DNA of 63,758 bases, counting the filler, from Octopus bimaculoides (lineage: Eukaryota): NCBI RefSeq assembly GCF_001194135.2. It is 9 parts of 9 records of this genome, joined end to end, with 100 filler letters (N's around TTAATTAATTAA, not from the genome) between each part and the next. Parts side by side here need not be neighbours in the genome. Positions count along the whole stretch, not along the records: positions 38,499 to 42,068 come from NW_026314929.1; positions 42,169 to 47,980 come from NC_068983.1; positions 48,081 to 58,878 come from NC_068986.1; 6 more parts are not named here. The stretch is one strand, 5' to 3'. The notes under the pieces are model-generated. The model ran no database searches, had not been told where the DNA came from, and saw nothing but the letters and a program-made list of their open reading frames with translations. The position numbers were made by a program, and so were the translations under genes. Below are positions 38,500 to 51,060 of the stretch, in pieces. Within the stretch, counting starts at the first letter, position 1. Every line of letters begins with the position of its first letter.

Positions 38500-41400
38500 A
38501 ATACGTGCGTACGTACGTACGTATATAGGTGCGTACGTACGTAAATTAATGCGTGCGTACGTACGTAGATACTACGTGCGTCCGTAAAAACGTACGTAAA
38601 TAGTACGTCCGTACGTTTATACGTACAGGCGAACGTATGTAAGTAAATACGTACCTGCGTACGTACGTAAATATGTGCGTACGTACGTAAATACATGCGT
38701 AAGTACGTAAATTAGTGCGTGCGGACGTACGTGAATTAGTGCGTGCGGACGTACGTAAATACGTACGTGCGTCCGTAAAAACGTACGTAAATAGTACGTG
38801 CGTACGTTCATAAATAGTACGTACGTACGTAAATACGTACGTGCGTACGTAAATACGTACGTGCGTACATACGTAAATACTTACGTGCGTACGTACGTAA
38901 ATACGTGCCTACGTAAGTAAATTAGTGCGAGCATACGTAAATTAGTGCGTGCGTACGTACGTAAATACGTACGTGCGTTCGTAAAAACGTACGTACTTAA
39001 ATAGTACGTGCGTACGTACGTGCGTATGTACGTACGTACGTACGTAAATACGTGCGTACATACGTACGTATGTAAATACGTGCGTACGTACGTGAATTAG
39101 TGCGTGCGTANNNNNNNNNNNNNNNNNNNNNNNNNNNNNNNNNNNNNNNNNNNNNNNNNNNNNNNNNNNNNNNNNNNNNNNNNNNNNNNNNNNNNNNNNN
39201 NNNNNNNNNNNNNNNNNNNNNNNNNNNNNNNNNNNNNNNNNNNNNNNNNNNNNNNNNNNNNNNNNNNNNNNNNNNNNNNNNNNNNNNNNNNNNNNNNNNN
39301 NNNNNNNNNNNNNNNNNNNNNNNNNNNNNNNNNNNNNNNNNNNNNNNNNNNNNNNNNNNNNNNNNNGTACGTGCGTCCGTAAAAACGTTGGTACGTAAAT
39401 AGGACGTGCGAACGTACGTAATTACGTGCGTACGTACGTACATACGTGCGTACGTACGTAAATTAGTGCGTGCGTACGTACGTAAATACGTACGTGAGTC
39501 CATGAAAACGTACGTACGTAAATAGTACGTGCGTACTTACGTAAATGGTACGTGCGTACGTACGTAAATACGTACGTGCGTACGTACGTAAATACGTACG
39601 TGCGTACGTAAATTAGTGCGTGCGTACGTACGTAAATACGTTCGTGCGTCCGTAAAAACGTACGTACGTAAATAGTACGTTCGTGCGTACGTAAATACGT
39701 GCGTTCGTACGTACGTAAATACGTACGTACGTACGTACGTAAATACGTGCGTACGTACGTGAATTAATGCGTGCATACGTACGTAAATACGTACGTGCGT
39801 CCATGAAAACGTACGAACGTAAATAGTACGTGCATACGTACGTAAATAGTACGTGCGTACGTACGTAAATAGTACGTTCGTACGTACGTAAATAGTACGT
39901 GCGTAGGTACGTAAATAGTACCTGCGTACGTACGTAAATACGTACGTGCGTACGTACCCAAATACGTGCGTACGTACGTAAATTAGTGCGTGCGTACGTA
40001 CGTAAATACGTACATGCGTCCGTGAAAACGTACGTACGTAAATAGTACGTGCGTACGTACGTAAATATGTGCGTACGTACGTAAATACATGCGTACGTAC
40101 GTAAATTTATGCGTGCGTACGTACGTAAATACGTACGTGCGTCCGTAAAAACGTAAGTAAATAGTACATTCGTACGTACATAAATAGTACGTACGTACGT
40201 ACGTATATACGTACGTAAATACTTTCGTGCGTACGTACGTAAATACGTACGTGCGTTCGTAAAAACGTACGTACTTAAATAGTACGTTCGTACGTACGTA
40301 GATACGTGCGTACGTACGTACGTACGTAAATACGTACGTGCGTACGTACGTAAATACGTACGTGCGTCCGTAAAAACGTAGGTACGTAAATAGTACGTGC
40401 GTATGTACGTAAATAGTACGTGCGTACGTACGTAAATAGTACGTGCGTACGTACGTAAATACGTACATGCGTCCATGAAAACGTACGAACGTAAATAGTA
40501 CGTGCGTACGTACGTAAATAGTACGTGCGTACGTAAATTAGTGCGTGCGTACGTAAATTAGTGCGTGCGTACGTACGTAAATACGTACGTGCGTTCGTAA
40601 AAACTACGTACTTAATAGTACGTGCGTACGTACGTACGTACGTGAATACGGGCGTACATACGTACGTACGTAAATACGTGCGTACGTACGTGAATTAGTG
40701 CGTGCGTACGTACGTAAATACGTACATGCGTCCGTGAAAACGTACGTACGTAAATTGTACGTGCGTACGTACGTAAATAGTCCGCGCGTACGTACGTAAA
40801 TACGTACGTGCGTACATACGTAAATACGTACGTACGTACGTATATAGGTGCGTACGTACGTAAATTAGTGCGTGCGTNNNNNNNNNNNNNNNNNNNNNNN
40901 NNNNNNNNNNNNNNNNNNNNNNNNNNNNNNNNNNNNNNNNNNNNNNNNNNNNNNNNNNNNNNNNNNNNNNNNNNNNNNNNNNNNNNNNNNNNNNNNNNNN
41001 NNNNNNNNNNNNNNNNNNNNNNNNNNNNNNNNNNNNNNNNNNNNNNNNNNNNNNNNNNNNNNNNNNNNNNNNNNNNNNNNNNNNNNNNNNNNNNNNNNNN
41101 NNNNNNNNNNNNNNNNNNNNNNNNNNNNNNNNNNNNNNNNNNNNNNNNNNNNNNNNNNNNNNNNNNNNNNNNNNNNNNNNNNNNNNNNNNNNNNNNNNNN
41201 NNNNNNNNNNNNNNNNNNNNNNNNNNNNNNNNNNNNNNNNNNNNNNNNNNNNNNNNNNNNNNNNNNNNNNNNNNNNNNNNNNNNNNNNNNNNNNNNNNNN
41301 NNNNNNNNNNNNNNNNNNNNNNNNNNNNNNNNNNNNNNNNNNNNNNNNNNNNNNNNNNNNNNNNNNNNNNNNNNNNNNNNNNNNNNNNNNNNNNNNNNNN

Positions 41401-42068
41401 NNNNNNNNNNNNNNNNNNNNNNNNNNNNNNNNNNNNNNNNNNNNNNNNNNNNNNNNNNNNNNNNNNNNNNNNNNNNNNNNNNNNNNNNNNNNNNNNNNNN
41501 NNNNNNNNNNNNNNNNNNNNNNNNNNNNNNNNNNNNNNNNNCGTACGTGCGTTCGTAAAAACGTACGTACTTAAGTAGTACGTGCGTACGTACGTAAATA
41601 CGTACGTGCGTCCGTAAAAACGTTGGTACGTAAATAGTACGTGCGTACGTACGTAAATATGTGCGTACGTACGTAAATACATGCGTACGTACGTAAATTA
41701 ATGCGTGCTTACTTACGTAAATACGTACGTGCGTCCGTAAAAACGTAAGTAAATAGTACATGCGTACGTACATAAATAGTACGTACGTACGTAAATACTT
41801 ACGTGCGTACGTACTTAAATAGTACGTGCGTACGTACGTAGATACGTGCGTACGTACGTACGTACGTAAATACGAGCGCACGTACGTAGTAAATACGTGC
41901 GTACGTACGTGAATTAGTGCGTGCGTACGTGCGTCCGTAAAAACGTAGGTACGTAAATAGTACGTGCTTACGTACGTAAATACGTGCATACGTACGTAGA
42001 TTAGTGCATGCGTACGTACGTACGTACGTGCGTCCATGAAAACGTACGAACGTAAATAGTACGTGCGT
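38500..42068. repeat. CpG-dense (TACG)-based complex satellite, with internal gaps
   Basis: Recurrent subunits aaatacgtgcgtacgtacgt, aaatagtacgtgcgtacgtacgt, aaattagtgcgtgcgtacgtacgt and aaatacgtacgtgcgtccgtaaaaacgt across 38500-39110, 39367-40877 and 41542-42068. Confidence 0.95.
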
Positions 42069-42168
42069 NNNNNNNNNNNNNNNNNNNNNNNNNNNNNNNN
42101 NNNNNNNNNNNNTTAATTAATTAANNNNNNNNNNNNNNNNNNNNNNNNNNNNNNNNNNNNNNNNNNNN

Positions 42169-42231
42169 TTTAGCAATTATGTTAAAGGTGTGAGTGCCAG
42201 GCAGAACAGGAGTGGAGAGAGCGTGTCTCCC
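42169..42231 (-). mobile_element. R4/Dong-like RT fragment beginning at a (TAA)n tract
   Basis: Minus strand reads GDTLSPLLFCLALTPLT*LL (QGD.LSPLLFCL RT motif) directly after (AAT)n; continues into a gap. Confidence 0.7.
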
Positions 42232-42314
<83 letters not shown>

Positions 42315-42337
42315 TGACTGCCTGGAATCGAACTCTG
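42232..42337 (-). mobile_element. Truncated tRNA-like head + long (AAT)n, probably of the hammerhead-bearing element
   Basis: Minus strand gcagagttcgattccaggcagtcacctgaataataat.. shares the gttcgattcc..tgaataat junction with 23331-23350. Confidence 0.65.
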
Positions 42338-43779
42338 CAACAAAAACAGTAACACAGAATGTAATATTAGAGTGGTATCCTTCTCTGAAGACTTCTGTGG
42401 AGCTCTCTCAAGAATTCCTTACTACCTAGGAAGACAGGCAAATGATTCCATTTCATTTTGTTATTCTGAAAACAAAACTTTGGTCTTAGCTTGTACTGAA
42501 GCAGTTAGCTGTCTGAAGATCATTTGTCTTTAAGAATAATTGCTTCGACGTTATAACAAATTTGCAATCTTGCAAGATTTCTCTCATTTATAGAAAAACA
42601 GAAAAACGATGACCAAAAATGCTAAAATAATTAATTAATCTAAACACAAAAACAAGTGAATTTTCTAATCACCTGGCTGTTATAGCAGTGTATAGATTTT
42701 ATTTAAATAAAAAATCATTGAATATTGATTTTCAAATAATAATTTGATTAGTGACCACAATTACAACACATTCTAACAATTTTGCCCTTAAAGCAACAAT
42801 GATTTTAACAGGTTTAGGGTCATCTTTCTGGTATAATACAGGCTAAGCTGCCCTTGGCAAACAAAAGTTAGATATTTTATTGTTTTGTTGATGAAACTGT
42901 TTTTGTAAGTGAATATTTTTTTATTCTGAACTGCAAGAAACATTTACATCTAATTAGATATTTATGACATCTTATCTGTGTGTGAGTTTTTTTTTTTTTA
43001 ATCTAGTTAAAAATGAGAACGACATATTTTTATCTGCAAAGAATAAGAATGACACAATTTCATTTAATCAAAAATTCCAACGACACATTTTCAACATGAT
43101 TGAAAAGAGCTTAGAATGGGTCTGAGAGGTTAGCATTGTGCGCTTTTTTGACTGATTTACATCATTTCTTTGTCTTAGAGCAGTGTTTCTCAACCATTTC
43201 TAGTACCTATGGAACCTTTTGCTTCCTACTTTATTCTGGTGGACTTACAAAGCCATTTGATGTTTAAGAATTAGTTTCATTGATATGTCTTTCGAAATTT
43301 CTATATTGTTTTGCACACATTCACTTGTGTAGGTCTGCAACATCATTCTCTAAGAGAACATGTTCCAGTGGCTGGAGACATTCACCCTTTTGATACCAAC
43401 CCACCTGAAACCACCTGTGGCTCTGTAGTACATATGTTTTGTTTTCATAAGTTTTGAATTAAAATCTTCCATCAAACCTTAGTCACAATTTATGTTCCTA
43501 ACACTAGCTTAATGATAACTAAGTTATTTGACTAAATTCTTTGTAATATTTAAAGTAAATGAAAGAAACAGAGTCAATCTCAAAATAAATACATTAACAA
43601 AAGGGTTAAACTATGCAAACATTAGATAAAGAAACCTAGCTGCTTTTTGCCATAAATACATTTTTTTTATTATTCTTTTAATGGTTTCATTCACTGGACT
43701 GTTGTCATGCTGGAGCACCACCTTAATTCTTTTTTGTTTTAGTTTTCTTATCACTTTACATTGAAAGTTGGTCAATGAT

Positions 43780-44460
43780 TGAGTTTGTTTTTTGCTGATT
43801 TTCCCTGAGTTTATCCTTGAATGGTTGGTTGGTCCGGTATCATCATTAGGAAATTATGCAATGCCTTTTTGAAAGTTTCAGTAGAGGTCCCTTTTATATT
43901 TCTAATCTCTTTGGGTAAGCAGTTGAATACTTGAGGACCTCTGAATATTAGAATGGTACAGTAGAGTGCTTTTGCTCATGAGTTTGAAGATGGTATATTT
44001 GGAAGCTGACAGTACCTACAAGTTCAATCATTAAAATTTGCTTTAATGCCAATATTTGGAACATGTCCCTCCAGGATCTTCCATGTATATATATAATAGT
44101 ATATCTCTCTCTTTGGCAATCAAGAGAGTAGAGATGCAGAGCTTTCAGGCATTCCCAGTAATTAAGGCCATTAACCAAAGTTATTTTACCGGTGAATGTT
44201 CTTTGTAACTTTTCGATTCCTTCTATGAGACTGGGTGAATTTGATTATTCATGGACCCTTTAAATACATCAGTAAATGTATCAGTCACTTTTTCCTGTAG
44301 CAGACACAGCACATTTCATCACGGCATGCAAGTATACATCATTGATAAGGCCCAGATAGGCCAAATTGCATTTGATGTTCACACTAACTGCTTCTGGGAT
44401 GATTTTTCATCTTCCTCTGATATATGTTATGTTATTAATATAGTATGTCTATAAAAGATT
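43780..44460 (-). mobile_element. CR1-like LINE, decayed ORF2 C-terminus
   Basis: IEKLQRTFTGKITLVNGLNYWECLKALHLYSLDCQRERYTIIY and FRGPQVFNCLPKEIRNIKGTSTETFKKALHNFLMMIPDQP match recalled CR1-type terminal motifs. Confidence 0.8.
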
Positions 44461-46181
44461 TTTTTTGGATGCAAACTGTTTTAGCCTACCTGTTGATGAT
44501 GTACACACATACTCACATATATATTTAGTACAGTGCATAGATGTCATTTTATTTTTGCATGTTTGTAAGAACTGTCTTCTGGTTCATTCTTTTTTACTTT
44601 AGAAGCAATTTTTTCTGGTATTTCGATAAAAATATTTGCAAATAAAATATTCTGCAGATTAGTGTACTTATTCATGTACAAGCCATAATACTATTCCAGT
44701 GCTAAATCTTGGGGCAAAATTATTTACCCTTCATAATTTTTGCTCCCCACCACCACCACCATTTATAGTTTACAGCCCAGTTTTTTTCAGTTAAAATCAT
44801 GTATAAAGTGCTTCTTATACACAAGTAAATACAGTAATTCACAATATTACAAGAATTAATCAAATTGAATGAATGACATGTCTTGAACTCCCTATGCAGT
44901 CATTGGTATCGAATAAATAAGTGGGCGAGAGATATCCAATAACACCTTCACTGATATTAAGAGAGAATGCTGGAATCGGTAAAGTTATACGTTGCACTAT
45001 CGTTTTGTACAATTCTCAAAGTTACTTTAAATAAATACATATTTATATTCACTTTCCTGATATTTAATTCGTGATTGCTAGTAAATGGTTTTAATACACA
45101 GGTGACCAATAAAGAGATTAGGATTATCTAAGCAGATAATTATCTGTGTAGTATTTGTCATATCAGTAATGTTATTTCTTACAGAAAATACAAGAGGCAC
45201 GTAAAAGCATTTTCCGTTCCGGATTGAAATACTGAAAGCATTGCAAGTGACTTGTATTATAACTAAGACATTATTTATTTATTTACAAGATCGTGTTTGC
45301 TTTATGTGGATGTTGAGTGGTGCCTTTAGCAGTTGAAATGATGAGTAGTTCTCATGGGTTCTCACTGAATAATGTGTCTAAGGAACAAAATATTTTACAG
45401 TTCGTACATTTTGAGAAATTTATGTGTGTGGGCGCTTGTATGTACATGACGAAATTTTAAGCTCAAACAAAAGACACATATTTACACATTCTTTGAGACA
45501 GTGAGACCCCTTGAAAGAGTAGAGTGACAGAGACCTTTAGAGAGAGGGAGAGAGAGAAAGAATAGGACAAAGAACTTTAGAGAGAGAGAGAGAGAGAGAC
45601 AAACAGAGAGAACATGAATAAATAGCAAAGCTAAAGAAATATAAGCATTAATATGCACACTGGCATACGGATGCAAGTGTTTTTGACACCTGAAGACACA
45701 AGAGATTTCAGAACGACCTATTTACTCAACAGCAATACCAGTGGCTCCTCCTAGATCTATTTCTGACACCGATCTGTTGTAGAAATGTCGATGTGAATTT
45801 TATTGGTATTTAGTCAACTGTTATTTATTTTATTGTATTTATGTCATAATAGGTGAACAATGGCATTATTAGTTAGAGATTTCCAACAGACTAGTCACTG
45901 TTTATTCCATTTCCAAAAGTAAAAGTGACAAGGGAGTGTCTGTGTAAATTGGTGCAGAACAAATGTCACGAGTAACTTCTCACAAAAGACACATACCTTT
46001 CCATTTTCTCACCAAATGTTGCTATAACTTGCTAATATATAACAACATACACAATATCAATGATTGGCTTCTTCACAGTTTTCAATTAAATTTTAGTTTT
46101 TGGCATAACAGAGTAATAATAATAATAATAATAATGATGATGATAATGATGATAATAATAATAATAATAATGATAATAATG

Positions 46182-46211
<30 letters not shown>

Positions 46212-46212
<1 letters not shown>

Positions 46213-46426
46213 GCCTTTCTACTCTAGGCACAAGGCCTGAAATTTCAGGGGAAGGGGTAGTCGATTACATCAACCGCAGAACACAACTGGTACCTTATTT
46301 ATCAACTCTGAAAGGATAAAAGGCAAAGTCGACCTTGGTGGAATTTAAACTCAGATTGTAAAGGCAGATGAAATGCTGCTAAGCATTTTGCTCGGTGTGC
46401 TAATGGTTCTGTCAGCTCACTGCCTG
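46212..46426 (-). mobile_element. SINE A (tandem copy 1)
   Basis: Reverse complement of a full SINE A; its 3' end abuts (AAT)n at 46110-46212. Confidence 0.85.
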
Positions 46427-46440
46427 AATAGTAATAATAA

Positions 46441-46648
46441 TCTTTTCTACTGTAGATACAAGCCCTGAAATTTGGGCGAGGTGGATAGTCCATTACATCA
46501 GTCCCAGTGTTTCACTGGTACTTAATTTATCGACCCCTAAAGGATGAAAGGCAAAGTCAACCGCAGCAGAATTTGAACTCAGAATGTAGTGATAGGTGAA
46601 ATACCACTTAGCATTTCATCCAGCGAACTAACAATTCTGCCAGCTCAA
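46441..46648 (-). mobile_element. SINE A (tandem copy 2)
   Basis: Second reverse-complement copy separated from the first by aatagtaataataat. Confidence 0.85.
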
Positions 46649-46924
46649 CTATGAAATAATTAAGACTTCATTATCTACAAGGACAAAATAGCAGCAGAAA
46701 GATTGAGGTGACAAAATATCTTGCAAGATGTTATCTCCCTTTATGTTCTAGGTTCAAATCCTGCAACGATCAACCTAGTTTACATCATTCCATGTTCAAT
46801 GAAACAAATTTCCAAATAAGTACCTGATTTGATGGCAGCAACTGTGTTTTACCCAATCTCTGCCAAAATCTCACCTTATACTAATTAAAGATAGTCTTTG
46901 ATTATTGGTTTTAAGCTTCCATTT

Positions 46925-47445
46925 TCTACTTCCTTCAGTTATTAGACTGCAGCCATGCTGGGGCATTTCCCTGAAGAGTTTTTTAGTTAAATGAATTGAC
47001 CCCAGTGCTTATAATTTTTTTCAAGCCTCGTGCTTATTCTATCAGTCTATTTAGCAGAACTGCTAAGCTACAAGGATGTAAACAAACCAACACCGGTTGT
47101 CAAGTGGTGGGGGAGAAACACAGACACAAAGGCACATATGAATATATATATACGACAGGCTTCTTTCAGTTCCCATATTTTAAGTCCACTAACAAGGCTT
47201 CAGTCAGCCCAGTGTTACATACAGGATGTCCACGAGGTCTGGGTACATGGAGTAAATAAAATCATAACATAAACAATTAAATATAAGAAATAATAATTTC
47301 TTAAAGTATGTGTTAATCCCATATACCCAGACTTTGTGGACACCCTGTACAGTAGAAGACACTTATGTAAGGTGCCATGCAGTGTGACTGAACCCAGAAC
47401 CATGTGGTTGGGAAGCAGGCTTCTTAACCACACAGTCACACTTCC
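46925..47445 (-). mobile_element. SINE B interrupted by a MITE
   Basis: Tail 46925-47150, body to 47219, head resumes at 47350 (agtagaagacacttatgtaaggtgccatgcagtg..). Confidence 0.75.
47222..47347. mobile_element. 126-bp MITE, Tc1/mariner type (TA target duplication, ~29-bp TIRs)
   Basis: Left TA|caggatgtccacgaggtctgggtacatgg; the right end reverse-complements to TA|cagggtgtccacaaagtctgggtatatgg. Confidence 0.85.
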
Positions 47446-47769
47446 TATTTCAAACCTCATAAAAGTTTGACTTGGTGTGTTTCATCCATTCTGGTGTCCA
47501 TAGAATAAAGTACCAGAGCAGCAGGCGGAGGAGGAGCTGGGAGCTCTTAAGTCAACAACACCCTATCCACTTCCCTCCCTCTAAATTAATAGCCCTGAAC
47601 CAGTGTTAAACATCAAATTTTACTGTTAAACAAGATGATGATGAAAGGAAATGTATTTCGTAACAATGCAATTGTTGGCAAATCATTGTTCGTTGACAGC
47701 AGACATATTTTTCAACTGGCGAAATTCCAGGGACTCAAACCAGTAAAACATCACATACACATACGTATT

Positions 47770-47980
47770 CTGTTCTTTTATTCCTTTACTCGTTTCAGTC
47801 ATTTGACTGCGGCCATGCTGGAGCACCACCTTTACTCGAACAAATCGACCCCAGAGCTTATTCTTTGTAAGCCTGGTACTTATTCTATCGGAGTCTTTTG
47901 TTACGGGGATGTAACCACAACTACTTCGGTTATAAAGTGATGAGGGGGCAGACAAACACAGACACAAAGATAGACGCATA
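47770..47980 (-). mobile_element. SINE B 3' half
   Basis: tttcagtcatttgactgcggccatgctggagcaccacc..cttattctttgtaagcctggtacttattctatcgg. Confidence 0.8.
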
Positions 47981-48330
47981 NNNNNNNNNNNNNNNNNNNN
48001 NNNNNNNNNNNNNNNNNNNNNNNNTTAATTAATTAANNNNNNNNNNNNNNNNNNNNNNNNNNNNNNNNNNNNNNNNNNNNTCATGCGTTGTTGAAAATCC
48101 ATTATGCTAAGTGAAAACTATTGCCGTTAATTATGCAACACACGCAGTTGTTATAATGGTATCTGTACCTACGCAGTGATGCTATGTTGATTGGCATTGA
48201 AGTGTGAAGTCGAAAAGATAGACCCCAGTATTTAAGTCTCGCACATATTTCGTCGGTCCTTCTATGCTGGTTGTCAAGCTGTGGTACTCGATCGATGCAA
48301 AGACCCACACATAGATACACTCACACACAA

Positions 48331-48361
<31 letters not shown>

Positions 48362-48427
48362 CATATATCTACATACATATATATACATACACACACACAT
48401 GCATACACACATACATACATACATATT

Positions 48428-48823
48428 ACTCTCTTTTGCTCTCTTTAATTTGTTTTAGTCATTTTGACTGCGACCATGCTGGAGCACTGCCTTTAGTCGA
48501 ACAAATCGACACCAGAGCTTATTCTTTGTAAGCTTAGTACTAATTCTATCCGTCTCTTTAACCGAACCGCTAAATTACGGGGACGTAAACACACCAGCAT
48601 CGGTTGTCAAGCGATGTTGGGGGGACAGCCACAGACACACAAACATATACACACATACATGTACATATATACATACATATACGACGGGCTTCTTCTAGTT
48701 TCCGTCTACCAAATCCACTTACAAGGCTTTGTTCGGCCCGAGGCTCTAGTAGACAACACTTGCCCAAGGTGTCACGCAGTGGGACTGAATCCAGGACCAT
48801 GTGGTTGGTAAGCAAGCTACTTA

Positions 48824-48827
<4 letters not shown>
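48428..48827 (-). mobile_element. SINE B, full length
   Basis: Reverse complement of tail, internal TACA/CA tract and head. Confidence 0.9.
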
Positions 48828-48920
<93 letters not shown>

Positions 48921-50129
48921 CGACAAATTCCTTCTTATTTCACAAGGATCCTGTCACCCTGGGGCTGTAGCTAGTTCTTCAATGTGACATTTTATGGGAC
49001 TGAAACGGGAGCCATGTGTTTGGGCAGCATATTTCTTGCGTATATATATGCATGCATATATGATTATGTAGAGGTATATACACGCACCGAAAGTTGTAAG
49101 GCTGTTTTCTTCAAGTCAAGGCAGAGCGTAAGGTTTGTGATTACCTGAGTTAGAACATGTATGCATAAATAAATGCGTGTTGTACACGAATTCTAAATAC
49201 TTTACTCTTGTGTGAAGTGAGGCGCGTATGCTGTCAATCTGGATTTGTAGTTAAGGAATTTATTTCAATCTCTCGGTTACGACAAGGAAAACCCTATCAT
49301 CAATATTTTATTGCTCCTGCATTATCGCGATGTTATTTATACTTTCATATGACCAAAATTGATCGGCTAAATCGCTTGTGCCAGTCCACCAATTGTAGGT
49401 CCGCAGCCCAAATATCGCTACATACTTTGTTGGAAATAACATGAAAGACTGCATCGTGTTCTGAAAATCGGTGAAAGGCAAGTAAAATATTCATCCTAAA
49501 TCTTCATTCAACTTTCAGAGTCCGAAATCAGTCGGAACATCTTTAGATTCTAGGAAATACTGAAGAATTGTAAGTTTTCTATTTATAATCCACAATCGTT
49601 TCTTACTTCCGGGATCAACAAATTGTTCAACCGACAATTTGAGTTTTTAGAATATTTCTTAAGCGAATAATCTTGAAAATCCGCCGTGGTTTTTGGCAGA
49701 ATAGTTTTGTTTATATTAAAATCCTTTTTCAGGTGTTGTTAGAGACATCACTTTCATATCCAACAGAAAATTGGTAACAGGAGTCGTTCACTTACAATAA
49801 ATGCTATGAATATTCAATTTTTTCCCACCAAACTAGTATCTGCTCCTGCTTGTTTTACTATCCAACCACATTAGCTCCAAAAACCTGCATATGTCTTCTC
49901 AGGTATCACTAAACCTAAGATGAACGAATATACTTGGGATACTTTACCCCAATGTCTAACGTTACTACTTTAGTCATAATGCTCTTTTGATAGCATTTCA
50001 TTATATCCTAGAGGATCTTCTTTACAAATTTAAATTTGCTCATTCTACGTTGCATCTGGGATCAGTGAATCCATCTCGTTACAAACACAGGGCAAATATC
50101 TTGAATATTTTCTTGTAAACATACATCAA

Positions 50130-50303
50130 TTTCTTTCTTGTAACCATTTTATATTATTTACAGTTGAGGGATAGTTGTCCTCATCTTGTTTGCTGTTAAC
50201 ACAACGTTTCGGATGATATACGCCCCAGCCTTTATCAGGTGTCCTGGGGAAATTTCGAACTTGAGTATTTTCCGATGGTATTATAATAATAATAATAATA
50301 ATA
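50130..50303 (-). mobile_element. Hammerhead-bearing tail + (AAT)n, headless
   Basis: Minus strand ..gttcgaaatttccccagGACACCTGATAAAGGCTGGGGCGTATATCATCCGAAACGTTGTGTTaacagc; motif at 50198-50243 with G8->A and a stem II mismatch. Confidence 0.8.
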
Positions 50304-50619
50304 GGCGCAAGAGTGGCTGTGTGGTAAGTAGCTTCATTACCAACCACATGGTTCCGGGTTCAGTCTCACTGCGTGGCACCTTGAACAAGTGTCTTCTACT
50401 ATAGCTTCGGGCTGACCAAAGCCTTGTGAGTGGATTTGATAGACGGAAACTGAAAGAAGCCCGTCGTATATATGTATATATATGTATATATATGTATATA
50501 TATNNNNNNNNNNNNNNNNNNNNNNNNNNNNNNNNNNNNNNNNNNNNNNNNNNNNNNNNNNNNNNNNNNNNNNNNNNNNGGGATAACCTTTTCTCTATCT
50601 ATATACATACATGCAATTT

Positions 50620-50679
<60 letters not shown>

Positions 50680-50890
50680 TGTAAGTGTATATGTTTGTGT
50701 GTCTGTGTTTGTCCCCAACTTCATTTGACAACCGATGCTGGTGTGTTTATGTGCCCATGAATTAACGGTTCGACGAAAGAGATCGATAGAATAAGTATTA
50801 GGCTTACACAGAATAAGTCTCGGGGTCAATTTCTTCGACTAAAGGCAGTACTCCACCACGGCTGCAGTCAAGTGACTGAAGCAAGTAAAG
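50304..50890 (+). mobile_element. SINE B, full length (gap inside internal microsatellite)
   Basis: Head gagtggctgtgtggtaagtagcttcattaccaaccacatggttccgggttcagtc..; tail ..gcagtcaagtgactgaagcaagt. Confidence 0.9.
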
Positions 50891-50896
50891 GAGTAT

Positions 50897-51060
50897 ATCT
50901 TAGGAATGAGAACCCAAGTTCGAAATTTCCCCAGAACACCTGATGAGGGCTGGGTGGTATATCAGCCGAAAGGTTGTGTTAGCAACAAACAAGATGAAGA
51001 CAAATATCCTTCAAATGTAAATAATAAGCATAATTCCTCACCTCTCAAATATAGAACTCT
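50897..51060 (+). mobile_element. Hammerhead-bearing tail
   Basis: ttaggaatgagaacccaagttcgaaatttccccagAACACCTGATGAGGGCTGGGTGGTATATCAGCCGAAAGGTTGTGTT (motif 50935-50980; intact core, ACGT->AGGT). Confidence 0.8.

Noticed and set aside
39537-42037. Long YVRT-rich ORFs (up to 390 aa)
   Set aside because: Translation of the TACG satellite and N-gaps.
38500-42068. CRISPR-like or regularly interspaced array
   Set aside because: No constant repeat with unique spacers and no cas genes; eukaryotic satellite.
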